A stretch of DNA of 64,000 nucleotides from Lama glama. Lineage: Eukaryota. Shown one piece after another: positions 39,718-51,912 of this stretch (position 1 is its first letter; every line of letters begins with the position of its first letter). The DNA is taken from contig CM052818.1 of assembly GCA_028534125.1 (NCBI GenBank), forward strand, positions 12,650,001-12,714,000. Direction: 5' to 3'. Below the pieces are notes generated by a model. That model worked only from the letters and a program-made list of their open reading frames with translations, searched no databases and was not told the origin of the DNA. The position numbers and the translations under genes were made by a program.

Positions 39718-40450
39718 TCTAAAACTGTAAAACTCCTAGGAAAAAACCCTAGGGGATAAATCCTTGACATCGGTCTTGAATTTGACACCAAAAGCAAGGG
39801 TAACAAAAGCAAAAATAAACAAGTGAAGCTACATCAAACAAAAAGGCCTCTGTACAATGAAGGAAACATATCAACAAAATGAAAAGGCAACCAACCTATC
39901 AAATGGGAGAAAATACCTGCACACCATATATCCAAAAAGGGGTTAACATTCAAAATAAAGAATACATTCAACTGAACAGCAAAACAACAAAGAACCTGAT
40001 TTAAAAATGGGCAAAGGATCCAGATAGACGGCCAACAGGTACATGAAAAGATGCTCAACATCACTAGTCACTTGGAAAACGCAGATTAAAACCACGAGAC
40101 ACTACCTCACACCGGTTAGAATGGCTGTTATCAAAAAGACAAGAGATACCAAATGCCAGCAAGGATTAGAGAAAAGAGGAACCTCGTACACTGTGGGTGG
40201 GAATATAAACTGGTATAGCTACTATACGAAAGATTGAGAAGTTCCTCAAGAAATTAAAACTAGAATTGCTATATGAACCAGCATTCCCATTTTCCCACTT
40301 CTGAGTATATATCCAAAGGAAAGAAATCATTATCTCAAAGAGATATTTGTACTCCCATGTTCACTGCAGCATTACAATAGCTAAGATATGGAAACAACCA
40401 GTGCCCATCAATGAATGAATGAATGAAGAAAATGTGGTATGTGTAAATAT
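39718..40450 (+). mobile_element. L1 ORF2 3' region
   Basis: ORF 40043-40237 MKRCSTSLVTWKTQIKTTRHYLTPVRMAVIKKTRDTKCQQGLEKRGTSYTVGGNINWYS is the L1 ORF2 Cys-rich C-terminus. Confidence 0.95.
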
Positions 40451-41049
40451 ACATGTTTATTTCTTTGTTTTATGATGTGATTTCAGGCCCATCTCTAAAG
40501 AAGTTCTCTGAACATCTTTGAAGCCAAACAAAATTTCAGGATGTATTCCTGATTCTACCTCTTCTAAAAAAATATTGATATGATATTTTTAAAATCCCAC
40601 AGCAATATTTATTCAAGTATCATCAAAGGCATTACTATAATCACATAACACAATGAAAGTAACAGTCATTATTTTTCACAGAAAAAAACACATCTATTTC
40701 TTCCAATAAAAAAATATAAAAATAAGGGTTTATCTTGGCAAATAAATAAACCAATTCTAGATTCTACTTTATAGTGCAGAGGAAACAGCTGTTTAATGAA
40801 ACTGAACCTAATATAATCACAGGACCAGAAACTGACGAGTGTGTCATGATTTCATTGGATATTATGAATCAAAGTAACTCAAACATAGGATGACTGTTTC
40901 TCTTTCAACATTACCCATGTGGAACTGAGTAGAATTTTGGAATCAAAGAGTTCTACACATATTCTTAAAAATAATTCTGGCAGAATATATCCGAAATTCA
41001 ACTAGATACATTAACAGAATATTCAACTCACAGTCCTTAAACTATGCTT

Positions 41050-41526
41050 CACTTAGGATAAAAGTCTGGAGGTAAAATGCTGCAAGCATTATTTTAGTTG
41101 TCAGAGCTCTTTTTTTCTGCTTTGCTTAACTTAGCTCATATCCACTTGTCTGCTATTATCTTGTATGCTCAGGATGGCTACTGAGTATGCAGGCATCATT
41201 TCCACAATCAAAGTAGTAAAAGAGTGAAGGTAGGTGCCTATCTATCACATCTGTCTCTTTTTTAGGAACATAACATTTCTTAAAGAAGACCCCTATCCCA
41301 AGAGATCATGCGAAGTCTCATTGGAGAGAATGGTTCACATGGCTGGTGGTAGCAGAAGAGGAGTCCGGAAAATTGACTATCTGTCAAAGGGGTAGAGCAA
41401 CACTGTGATTGTCTTTGCCCAGCTGTGGTAAATAATGTGGGGCTGGACACATTAAAGTTAGGTTCTACTGGAAGGAGGTAATGGATGTAGCAGCTAATGG
41501 AAAAGTGACTAAGAGTGCCTACAACA
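41050..41526 (-). mobile_element. Old MaLR LTR (MLT1J/K-like)
   Basis: caggatggctactgag...gtctcattggagagaatggttcacatggc...ggggctggacacatt...aggttctactggaaggagg. Confidence 0.65.
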
Positions 41527-43259
41527 CACAGCTCAAAATTACTTATTGAAAAATTAATACAATCTAATGATTTGGAGATACCTTCTAGCCAAAATATCTA
41601 AATAGGTAGAAGTAGTCATTTCTTCTTGCCTTCTTTCCTTCCTTCCTTTTTGAGTAGATACTGGATATCACACACAGAGCAGTTCTCCATTAGCTTTCTG
41701 TAATGCCAGTCACTTCCTGAATCAGGTACTCTAGTACCTGCATATGGTTATCTGCTTACTTTTCAGCTCTGTTTCTTACCAGATGCTACAACGGTTACAT
41801 CTGACTTTAGAACTCACACTACGATGAAGTAAATGGGTATTTCTACATTTGCCAACAAGCCATATTTAAATTATGTTAGTAATAAAATACAAGAGATCAC
41901 ACATATAAGGGTTGTTAGTTATTGGGTCATGAAATAGGCTTAAGAGAAATCTAAGACAACTCTAATCTCAGATGGGAAGTTTTTAATCAAGCTTTCTTTT
42001 GGCTCTTATACCTTTTACTGTAACTGTGACCTACAAGAAAAGCAGAGTAACATGAATTTTGTACCTCACTTTCTTCTTCCTTGCATGTAATGCCAGCCCT
42101 AATGACTAAGAGACAGGAAATAAGAAACCAACAGCTTATCTATTTTCCACATAGACAATATACCCTCTGAACAGCTGAGTTTACATCACACCAAAATAAG
42201 TACTTTTTTTTTACTTTTCTTGTGTTTGCTGACGCATAAAAATTAATTTCATTATTTATCTGTGTAGACAATACACAAACACTAACTGAATACTTATACT
42301 GTATTTTATGAAAATTAAACAAAAATCCAGGTAAGTTTTGATCTCCCAAACTGGCCTGATAGGCAAATACCAACATTTCCTCAAAACTATAGTCACCCAC
42401 CTATATGTAAAGCAGAAATTTTCCCACTTTGAATATTTTCTGATGATGCAACACATTCTGTGCAATTCACAAGTGTTGAATCTGAAATACAAGAACACTG
42501 CAAACGTGCGAAAAACATTAAGCTTTTTGCTGTTGTTAAGAACGTAGAAACCAGTCAGATGTCTACAGATGGCTTCTTTGTTATATAAAGAAATCATGCC
42601 AGAAACAATACAAAACCTCAGATCCAAAGGACTTCCCTTACATATTTATTTGTATAAAATATTTTACTCCCTTTACTATCACAGACATACTCTATAATAC
42701 AATCTTTGTTCACTTTAGTGACATAAAAACACAGCTTGGGGAAAATACAGTAGACTTTACATGCCCATGAGTTCAAGTTGCACAGAAAATTTAATTTTAC
42801 TTAATTGCTCTGCTGCATTTTTTTGTTTGCATTGTTTACTAGTTCTAGGATCATTTGCTCATATACATATTTGTATATGTATGTATATATGTATATTTCC
42901 AGGTTTGGTAAACAGTTTTCCTACAAGGAAAGTACTTTTTTGATTGGTCAGCAAAATCAACTATATTACTGCATTTAACTAAATCTACAGTATTTTGTGA
43001 AGTGGAAAGTTAAATCTTTATTTGGAATATCTGATTAGCCCAACTTTTTTCAGTTTCCAAAGTATCTTGTCAATATCTATCCTTATTTCTGGCTACATTA
43101 ATTTAGTTAATAAACCAGTTGGTCAGCTTCCCTATTTCTCTTTTGGGACATGATTTCCAGAATTTATTCCAGCCCCATCAGAAAGATAAAAGCTCCAACA
43201 GAAATGCTGTCCAGACTATACACAGAGTTACTCAATTCTTCTGTTTGTTGAGTTAGGAC

Positions 43260-44330
43260 TCATTGTTTTGCCTAATCTTTTTGCTTCTTGACAACTCCCT
43301 CCAAACTTTTCTTGACTTCTGACTTCTATGTACATCCAAACTCTTCCTAAGACCTATTTTTCTTCTAAGACAACCCCAGATTCTCTGGGCAGCAACCCAC
43401 TCATTACAGTCTCAATAGGTTCTCCATAACTTTCATTCTTTTACTTAGTGGGAGTCTGCCATAATTATCACAATATATTTGACTCAAAAACTACTTCAGG
43501 CTTGTCTTTGCTATTTGAACAAACTCTAGACCTGCATGTCCAATGACTACCAGACATCTTTGTTTGGATTTCTATTAGGAATATCAAGCTTGACACTGGC
43601 AAAACAAAATTACACTCCATATTTCATCTTCTTCACATAATTCTCCCCTCCTTCAGGCTTCACCACCTTAGTGCCTATCCTGTTGCTGAAGATAAAAATT
43701 TAGAAGTCATTCTGTATTCCTTTCTTTCTCTCAGTCCTTGTATGACATTCTTCAGCATTCCTGTAAGGTCAAACTCCAAAACATTTCTTTATCTTCCCAC
43801 CTCTTTCCATGCTTTCACTCTAATCCAAGTCAAAACCACCTATTCGGTGAGCACATGAACACCTTCTCACCTAGTCTCCTTGCTTCCTCTCTGATTCATC
43901 TTCAATTTATTCTTCACTTTATGCCAAGGATGGACCCCATTCTTTTAGTGTAAATCAAACTATATACTTCCCTGGGTTAAAAGCTCTGAATGAAAAAATC
44001 TAAACTCATTGGCTTCAGCTATGAGGAGACTTCTACTTACTGTTGTGCCATCTTCCCTTGCTATAATCCCATCACAGCCTCTCTTTCCCGTCCCTTAAAC
44101 AGAAGATATTAACTCCCAGAGAGGGCTCCCCTGACCTTCCATGTACAATGTCTACCCCTTCACCCAAACAACACTTACAAATATTAGAATTTTCTTATTT
44201 GCTCCTCCTCCTTTGCCACAACCCAAGTGTATACTCCATAAGACCAGAAAGTTGACTGTTTACTGCCTTGTTCCTAGTGTCTTGAATAGTCTCAGGTAAG
44301 AGAAGGTGTTCAGTAACAATAATGATGAAA
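43260..44330 (+). mobile_element. L2 LINE, 3' ~1 kb
   Basis: ctagacctgcatgtccaatgactaccagacatc; aaaatttagaagtcattctg; ctagtctccttgcttcctctct; gttcctagtgtcttgaatagtctcagg. Confidence 0.8.
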
Positions 44331-44445
44331 CACAAAAATCATATTTCAATCCCATACTTTATTTTGAACGTGTCACAGTTCAGTAACTGTATCTCAAACC
44401 GATGCATTTTGTCTTGACAGCAGTCATTTACCAATCCATGGGTAT

Positions 44446-44622
44446 CAATAGTTCTCAGACTTCTCTTTATTTTATTATTGTCTGGAACTTCTACAAAACA
44501 CAGATGGCAGGCCTCAACCCCTAGGATGCTCATTTAATTGGTTTGGACTGTGCATCCGTATTTTTTTAAAAGCATCCATAGGTGACCCTACTGTTCATCT
44601 ATGAATGAAAACCTTTAATCTA
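44446..44622. mobile_element. MER5A hAT MITE
   Basis: caatagttctcagac...acagatggcaggcctcaacccctaggatgctcatttaattggtttgg...catccataggtgaccct...gaaaacc. Confidence 0.7.
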
Positions 44623-44999
44623 TAGTTATCATTTATAAAGAATTTTAAATACTTATACATCATATTTGTTAAAGAATGCCTAAAACATCTCGAATAAATG
44701 GGTTTTAAACAATCATACAACCTAGCTCCAACTTGTTTCTACATAGCTGCCTTCTCTCAAAATTGTCATTTTAGGTCTATACATACCATTTCTTTTTGTT
44801 TACAGCAATCTTTAAGTGCTATAAATAACTGATTTATGATAATAGTTCATAGTTGGCACTGAGAATAGTGTCCCAAGATTTAATTGGTCATACCTGCTAG
44901 GTGAAACTTTGATCTACAATAGAATATTATCTTGACAGAAAATCAATTTAAGTAATCTCTTTGTTAACTCTTTTTTTCTATCAATCCAACAAAAATACA

Positions 45000-45280
45000 C
45001 TTAACAAATTCACCAAAAGTAGGAAATCTTAATTCTCTCATAATCATTAAGGAAATTAAATCCTTAATAGAAACAAAGAAACCAATCAAACAAAATTCTC
45101 CACAAAGAAAACTCCAAAGCTGATGATTTCACAAAAAGTTCTACCATTTATGAATAAATATCAATCTTACATAAACTCCTTCAAGAGACTAGAAAGAGAA
45201 ACGTCAACAACTTGTTGTACAACTTATGTATCTTGTTTGCAAAAATGGACAACCACATGGTGAAAAAGAAACTATATTAT
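45000..45280 (+). mobile_element. Old L1 ORF2 fragment
   Basis: ctccacaaagaaaactccaaagctgatgatttcac...caatcttacataaactccttca. Confidence 0.7.
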
Positions 45281-47804
45281 AGTTTGCAGTTTTTATTCTT
45301 GTAATTTGTATAATTATTCTCTTGAAGTTGGTAACTCCAACACAGATATAAAGTTGGAGAGATATAAATCCATTAATATAAATTTATATTATAACTATTT
45401 ACTGAAAATTGGTACTGAATTACATAGTTTGAATAAGCTTAAACTTTAGCCTAAATATTGAATTGGCTTTATCTGTAAAAAACTGAAAATTTATATAAAC
45501 AAACATTTTGCATTCTACTAAGTTACCAACTTTATGCATTTAAAATTATTTTAGTAAAAAATTTTATTTATCTACCTGATAAGTTGACAGTGGCTACATG
45601 CAGACTTGTTAATCTTAAAAATAAATAAATGCCTACAGGAAGACACTAGTTATTTTTCATCTAAGTGTGTTGGAGTGTTAGTTTCTTGCCTATTCAGTGA
45701 TTTTTAATATCTCTCCTTTAAACAATGACATTGTGTCTCCAACTAACAATCTGAAAAAAAATTGCATTTTAGAAAAAAATTAATTTCCTAGCTACAGGAA
45801 TGCAGAAACAGACAAGCTACATTGCCATATTTACTTTTTTTCCCCCACTACTTTCCTGTTACTGAGAAATAGCTATCCAGCTTAAACTAAACTATAATTA
45901 AAATAAAGCACCCCAGAGCTGAATCCCCATGTTGAGTTTCTGTCTCAGAGTCTGTTTTATAGCTGAGTTACAAACACTGAAGAAAATTTATAATGTAACC
46001 TAGGACAACCTCATTTTGTAATGGGAGGTAATGGTCACTGGCAATGAGGGAATATATTGTGCTCAGATGTCAACCTCTTTACCTTTCTAAAATGGTGGGT
46101 TTGGAGTTCAAAAACCAAAGTCCATATATTTTATTTTCACACACCACTCTGTCATAACACAATATCTTTCCCTGCTGAGGTGGAAAAAGGTCTAGTTTAG
46201 TAGTAAAAAGGGGGTAGGCAGGAATTGTTACATAATTTATAGCTCTTCCTAAAAGTAAATTGAATGCTATTACCTATGAAGCACATAGAAAAGAGTAAGA
46301 TAAAAGAGACTAATAGATCTGAGCATTATGCAAACTCAAAAGGCAAGAAATGAAAAATCTATAGTTCTCTATCTTTATATACGCAAAGTATATCACAGGC
46401 AAAATAAATATCACAGGCAAAGAATAATTTAAATACTTTTAAATTACCAGGATATTCCAGGTATAGGTAATTTGGTCAAACTCTAAACTGATATAACACA
46501 TGATTTCTTATAATATAATTTTCTTGATAAAACACCAAAGTGCTATGCTACAGGCTAGGCAGAATTAAATGGTTTTAATATTAAAAGACAAAAATATTGT
46601 AACATCTGTGATGCTCATTTCAATTATCTATTATTGAACACCTGCCAAAAAACAGGCATTATCCTAAATCTATTAATCCAGGTTGTATATTTGAATCTAA
46701 ATGTTTTCTCTCATATTATATAATAACCAAATAATTTCATCATCTCTGCTACAGCATTCAACTTCTTCTTCAAGCTCATTTTATGTTTTTTTAGACTTTA
46801 ATTTCTTGGCATAGTTGTGCCATGGTTTTAAAATTTTCTATAATATCGTAGATGCAACAATTTTATACTTTTCCTAATGGTAATTATGGGAAATAAGTGA
46901 AAAAAATCTTCCCAGTATTCAACAAAACAATATTTCATAAAAATGAATTTCTAAATCCCCAAGCAATTAAAACTAATGATGTTTGACGTTGGTGGTTGAA
47001 TTTATGTCTAATACGATAATAGTTGTTGAATGGTCTCATTAGACTTGCCATCCAACATAATTGGGTTTAAAATATGTCTTTAACTTGACCAGGTCATTGA
47101 TTTCGCACTGGACAATGGCTTTCTTTGACATTAAATCTTACCTCAGAATCCTTGTGAACATTTGGTTATGTTGTGAAATAAGCTTTAATTGTGTTGTAAA
47201 AGAAATCCTGCTTATTAACACACGGAGAAAAGCAGGGGAAAACAGGCTATTTGTCAAAATCCCTTTTGGCTTCAGCTATGATACAACTGAAAGAGTGTAG
47301 ATGGATTAGATTTTCAAATACTCTATATATCTTTATTCAATTTTTTTTTCATTGGAGGAAGGAGAAATAGTGCTGAAATGAAGCTGAGTCCTGACTGGAG
47401 TCCTCTATCAGTACACTTAAAATGGCATAAATGCCTTCATTCACTTCAGCCCCTGGTGAAACCTGTGTAATGGAGACTTACTTATATCATATACATTTCG
47501 AAAACAGTTGATTTTGTCTCATTCTTACAATATATTCAATTTCTAGACATTAAAAATAGTTAATATTAACCCTTCAAATTGAAATTAATATTAGGGTGCA
47601 CAATACTTTATTTGCACAATTCTGATAATCCCATTTCTTTTTCTATTATATTCTAATAAGGTATATTTTTTAAATGATATATAACAAAGACATTTATTGT
47701 TCCAGTATCTAACTGCCTATAACCAATACCTATGTAAAATTATACTTTTGCATTTGTTATGTATGTTTACAGATTTATAAGATTTATTTTTGTTCTCTTA
47801 TTTA

Positions 47805-49190
47805 AATGAATTGATCCACTTAACAAACATTCATTGAGCACACTGTGTATAAGGCACTACACACATAATATATGTGACCTATGGCCACATGAAACTTACA
47901 TTCTAATAGTAGGAATGTAAATCAATTAAATTATCACAAGTATAAACACAGCAGTGAATGTTTTGCAGTAGAAGAGTTCACTGACACAGGTAATGCAGAA
48001 ATAGGACCTCATCTTGGATGAGGAAATGACACTAAACCTGAGACCTGAAGGATACATTAACTAGATGAAGGTAGAAGGTACTTCACACATAGTACGACAT
48101 TTGCAAGCTCTGAGACTAAAAGAAGCATAAAACTGTTTAGAAATTTTAAAAGGCCAAGGGTATTGTAAACTATGGTAGGATTTTTTTTCTCCTTGTCCTA
48201 AAGGTAATTTAAGTATTGAGTATAATAATAATCAGTGGAGGAAAGACCGGTGCTGGCTTGCTGGCTACTTTTCACATCAGGTAAAAAGACCCCCTTAAAC
48301 TTGCACTCAGACTATTAACTAATTAATAGATGCCTCTGGGCATAAAATTGAGGAAGTGAGAATTATCACTAATTAGTCATATGAAGATTAGAGTCAAGAA
48401 GTTAGGAATATCCAGCAAAAACTTCTTGAACTTTGGCTACAGCAGATAGCCTCACAATCAAAGAAACACTGTGCCTCATCTATGGAGATCCTTTAACCCG
48501 TTGAGAATATGTACCCTGGTCTCTGCTAACACCACTAAGACCAGCTTAAGGCAAGGTTATCTCTCCCTTGATTGGACAATGACCCAAAGTCTTGAGGACC
48601 ATCAAGCTTTGAGACTACCTCTTTTATTTTCCTTGTCTTCCTTAAGATGTACTAGCTTCTGCCAGAGAGGGAGACTGTGAAGCCTGGCCTCATCTATGAG
48701 CAAGGTCCTTCCCACCCATCACTGACTCTCCTTTATGAGCCAAAGGATGAAGAAAGAAGGAGGAAAAAGGTAAGCTTGCTTTCCTGAACTTTCGTGTACG
48801 ATTTCTTTATCTCCAGTCACCAATTAAAAGTAAAAGAATCTAAGAATAATCAAGAAACAGGTCTCAAACTTCAGTGAGTTTTCTGAACCGATTGCATAAT
48901 CGGATTTGCATCTTGAAAAGATAGCTCAGACAGCAGAAGTGGAAGAATTGGAAGACAGCATGAGTGTATGCTGAGGGAACACTTAAGAGGCCGTAATAGT
49001 TGTTTGACAGCTTTGATTAGAGAAGGAGAGAGGTGGACAGGGAGAACATGTGTTTTATTTTGGATATTTTGAGTTTGGAATGGCTTTAAGCATCAGAGTG
49101 GAAATACCAAATAGGTAGTTGCTTGTATGAAGTTCAGAGAACAGTTTTGGAACAAATACGAGTTTGCAAGTCATTAGCATCCAGATGACC
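47805..49190 (-). mobile_element. L2a, split by an unassigned ~650-bp insert (about 48215-48870)
   Basis: aacaaacattcattgagcacactgtg; aacctgagacctgaaggat; resumes ggatttgcatcttgaaaagatagctc; ttttggatattttgagtttggaatg. Confidence 0.75.
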
Positions 49191-51009
49191 TCATTTTTTC
49201 AATACCATGGATTCACTCTCAATGCTGTGTTAAGTGTTACAGATGAAGCAATTTTCCACTTTTAAAATGAAAAACTATGCACATAAAAACATACAGACAC
49301 AAATGCAAAAAGTAGCTCAGACACTAAAGCTGATCTCAAAAACCCACTGAAACAGACCTTCATTTGCCTTAATCTACAAGCTTTGGTTATTGTTAAACTA
49401 AGGGGAAAAAAGTGTTTATTTTCATAGTATTCAAAATATTAATAATAAAAAATGCTGATAGTAATTGAGCTTTGAAGAGAAAATCTGTGACTTTTAATTT
49501 AGAAGTACTAACATATTTTGGTCATTATTTAAAGCAAAGAGGGTCTGGGAAATGCCGGCTTATTTGTATTTTTCTTTAAAAAGGCATTCACTCTACTTTT
49601 AGCCAAATGCTTATCCACGTCATTATCAGATAATTGACTGGAGAGGAATTTTTATATGTTATGCCAATGAGTCTGCAATACTTTGAAAATAACTTCTGTA
49701 TAATTTTCTGTCTTCCATTTGTCTTTCAGAATTAGTGACCTACTTCCGCCAACACTGATTTTAGATATGTGAAATAAAATAAAAATAAAACCTGATAGCT
49801 GACATTACTACTTTGGCCTTAAGTGAGCTAATTTAAGATAATCGTAGTTGTATGGTATGCACACCATCATCTTTCATAGTCTTTTAAAACTATAAGACTG
49901 GAGGAATCTGTGATTAGTTTCTCTTCTCCTTAATTAATCTTAACGCTCTCTAAAAATTACTGTCTGCAAGCTATGCTGCAAAAGTCACCAAAGACTTGTG
50001 CTCCCTGGATCAATCTTTGATCATGATACATGGACTTATTTGCAAATATGGCTAGAGGCTTCTAGCATTAGCTTTCTCAGAAATCATTACTGCAGCATTA
50101 GCTGCCTGTGACTGAAGGTTATTGCAGCTGAAATGATTACTGACTTAATGAAATAAATCACTGGTGGAATCTTTGCATCCAACACACAAATCAGCCATTA
50201 ACTGAAACACAAATGTTGTCTGCTCACTTTAAGTTAGGAAACCTGCAACTCTTTAGGAAAAGAAGATGGTAGAATATAAATACAAGTATTTAATCAATTA
50301 TTAAATCAAATAGATATTAAGACCCAGCCTTGCTAATAGTCAATGATGACTCAATCTGAAATACCAGAAATGATATTTCTATCTAAATAAAATAAAATGT
50401 CAATTTATTTTGAACTTCCCATTTATTTCCCGTGATTTCATTAGAATTTCAGGCAAAATGATTCGTCTGGCCACATATTTGGCAAATGTGGAAGTTCTAT
50501 TTCCTGGTGCAGTGGCTTCAGATGATCTGTATACCAAGGCCCTGGCAACAGATGTATAATCCAGGTGTTCCAGGGTGAGAAGCAAAAAGGACTCATTCAT
50601 GGTTCACACCAACACTGCTAGATAGCCCAGCTAGGGATGTGTATATGTAGTTCTGCTTCTAAGGTATTTCAATTTAAAATGTGGATTGGCATTGGGGGGG
50701 GGATCCTTGAAATGCAATCTTGAATCACATGTTTAGAGCTAAGGAAATGTATCAAGAGAAGAGTGGCAGGGAGAGATAAGCAGGAAATAGACAAGTTTTG
50801 TTAGCATGCATTCAGGACCCTCTGGAGCAAGGAGGCATGGAACCTGGGGGCTGCGACTGTTAACAGACAGTGGGTCTGGAAAATATCCTTTAAGACTGTC
50901 CAATTTCTTTTTGTCTAAACTGTGCTTATGATGACAATTTCCTTTTACTTTAAAACGATTTTTATTTCTTGCTTGGATCTTAGGATAACTACAGTATGGT
51001 AATTCAGAC

Positions 51010-51235
51010 ATGTATTTATTTGGCTGATGTACATTAAGTAACTACTATATAACAGGAATTACAATCGGTAAAAAGAAAGTCCCTGTCCTCAAGAAATTTC
51101 AATCTAGAAATGAAGAAGATAAACAAAGAATGATTTATGTAATTGGGATAAATGTGTACACAGTGGGACCAGGGAATATAGGAGACCCCAGGATCATCTC
51201 AGAGAGGCTTTCCCAGAGGGCTGTTGCATGAGATT
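51010..51235 (-). mobile_element. L2 3' fragment
   Basis: aagtccctgtcctcaagaaatttcaatctaga; cagagaggctttcccagagg. Confidence 0.6.
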
Positions 51236-51402
51236 AAGAATATAGATCAAATACTTTTATATGCATATGAGAAACATTTCCTTTTAGAGCAAAATGATTT
51301 GCTTGTGGGCCTTAAGCCATTTAATTATCCATGGCCAGTTCACTGATCCTGATTTGCTATGAAGGGTGTGAAATTTGGGGCCTTGTTTTTTCCTTTGTGA
51401 GT

Positions 51403-51912
51403 TGTATTACTTACCTAGTGCTGTATAACAAATCACCCCAAACACAGACACTTAAAAAGTTATTATCTCACACATTTTCTGAAGGTCAGGAATCTGGGAA
51501 AGGCTCAAGTGGGTGGTTCTGGCTCAGAAGCTCTCATGAGTTTGTAGTCAAGCTAACAGGTAGGGCCATAGTTGGTTAGGGCTAGAGGATCTGTTTCTAA
51601 ATCCACTCATGCGACTGTTGGCAGCAAAGTTTAGTTATACACCATATGGACCTTTTCAAAGGCTCACTCAGGATCTGGCAGATCACCTCCTCCAGACTGA
51701 GTGACCCAAGAGAGGAACTTAGCGAGCATGCCCAAGAGAGAAGCCACCATGCTTTAAAAATCTAATCTCAGAAATGACATAGCATCATCACTTCAGCTGT
51801 GCTATGTTGGTCACACAGACCAAAGCTGGTACAATGTGGGAGGGGATACACAAAGATGTGACTACCAAGAAGTGTAAACCACTGGGGGCCATCTTGGAAG
51901 CTGGTTAACACA
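51403..51912 (-). mobile_element. MaLR solo LTR MLT1F-like, complete, with perfect 5-bp TSD
   Basis: tgtattac...ggtcaggaatctggg...ttggtcacacagacca...gggggccatcttggaagctggttaacaca; TSD tgagt at 51398-51402 and 51913-51917. Confidence 0.93.
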
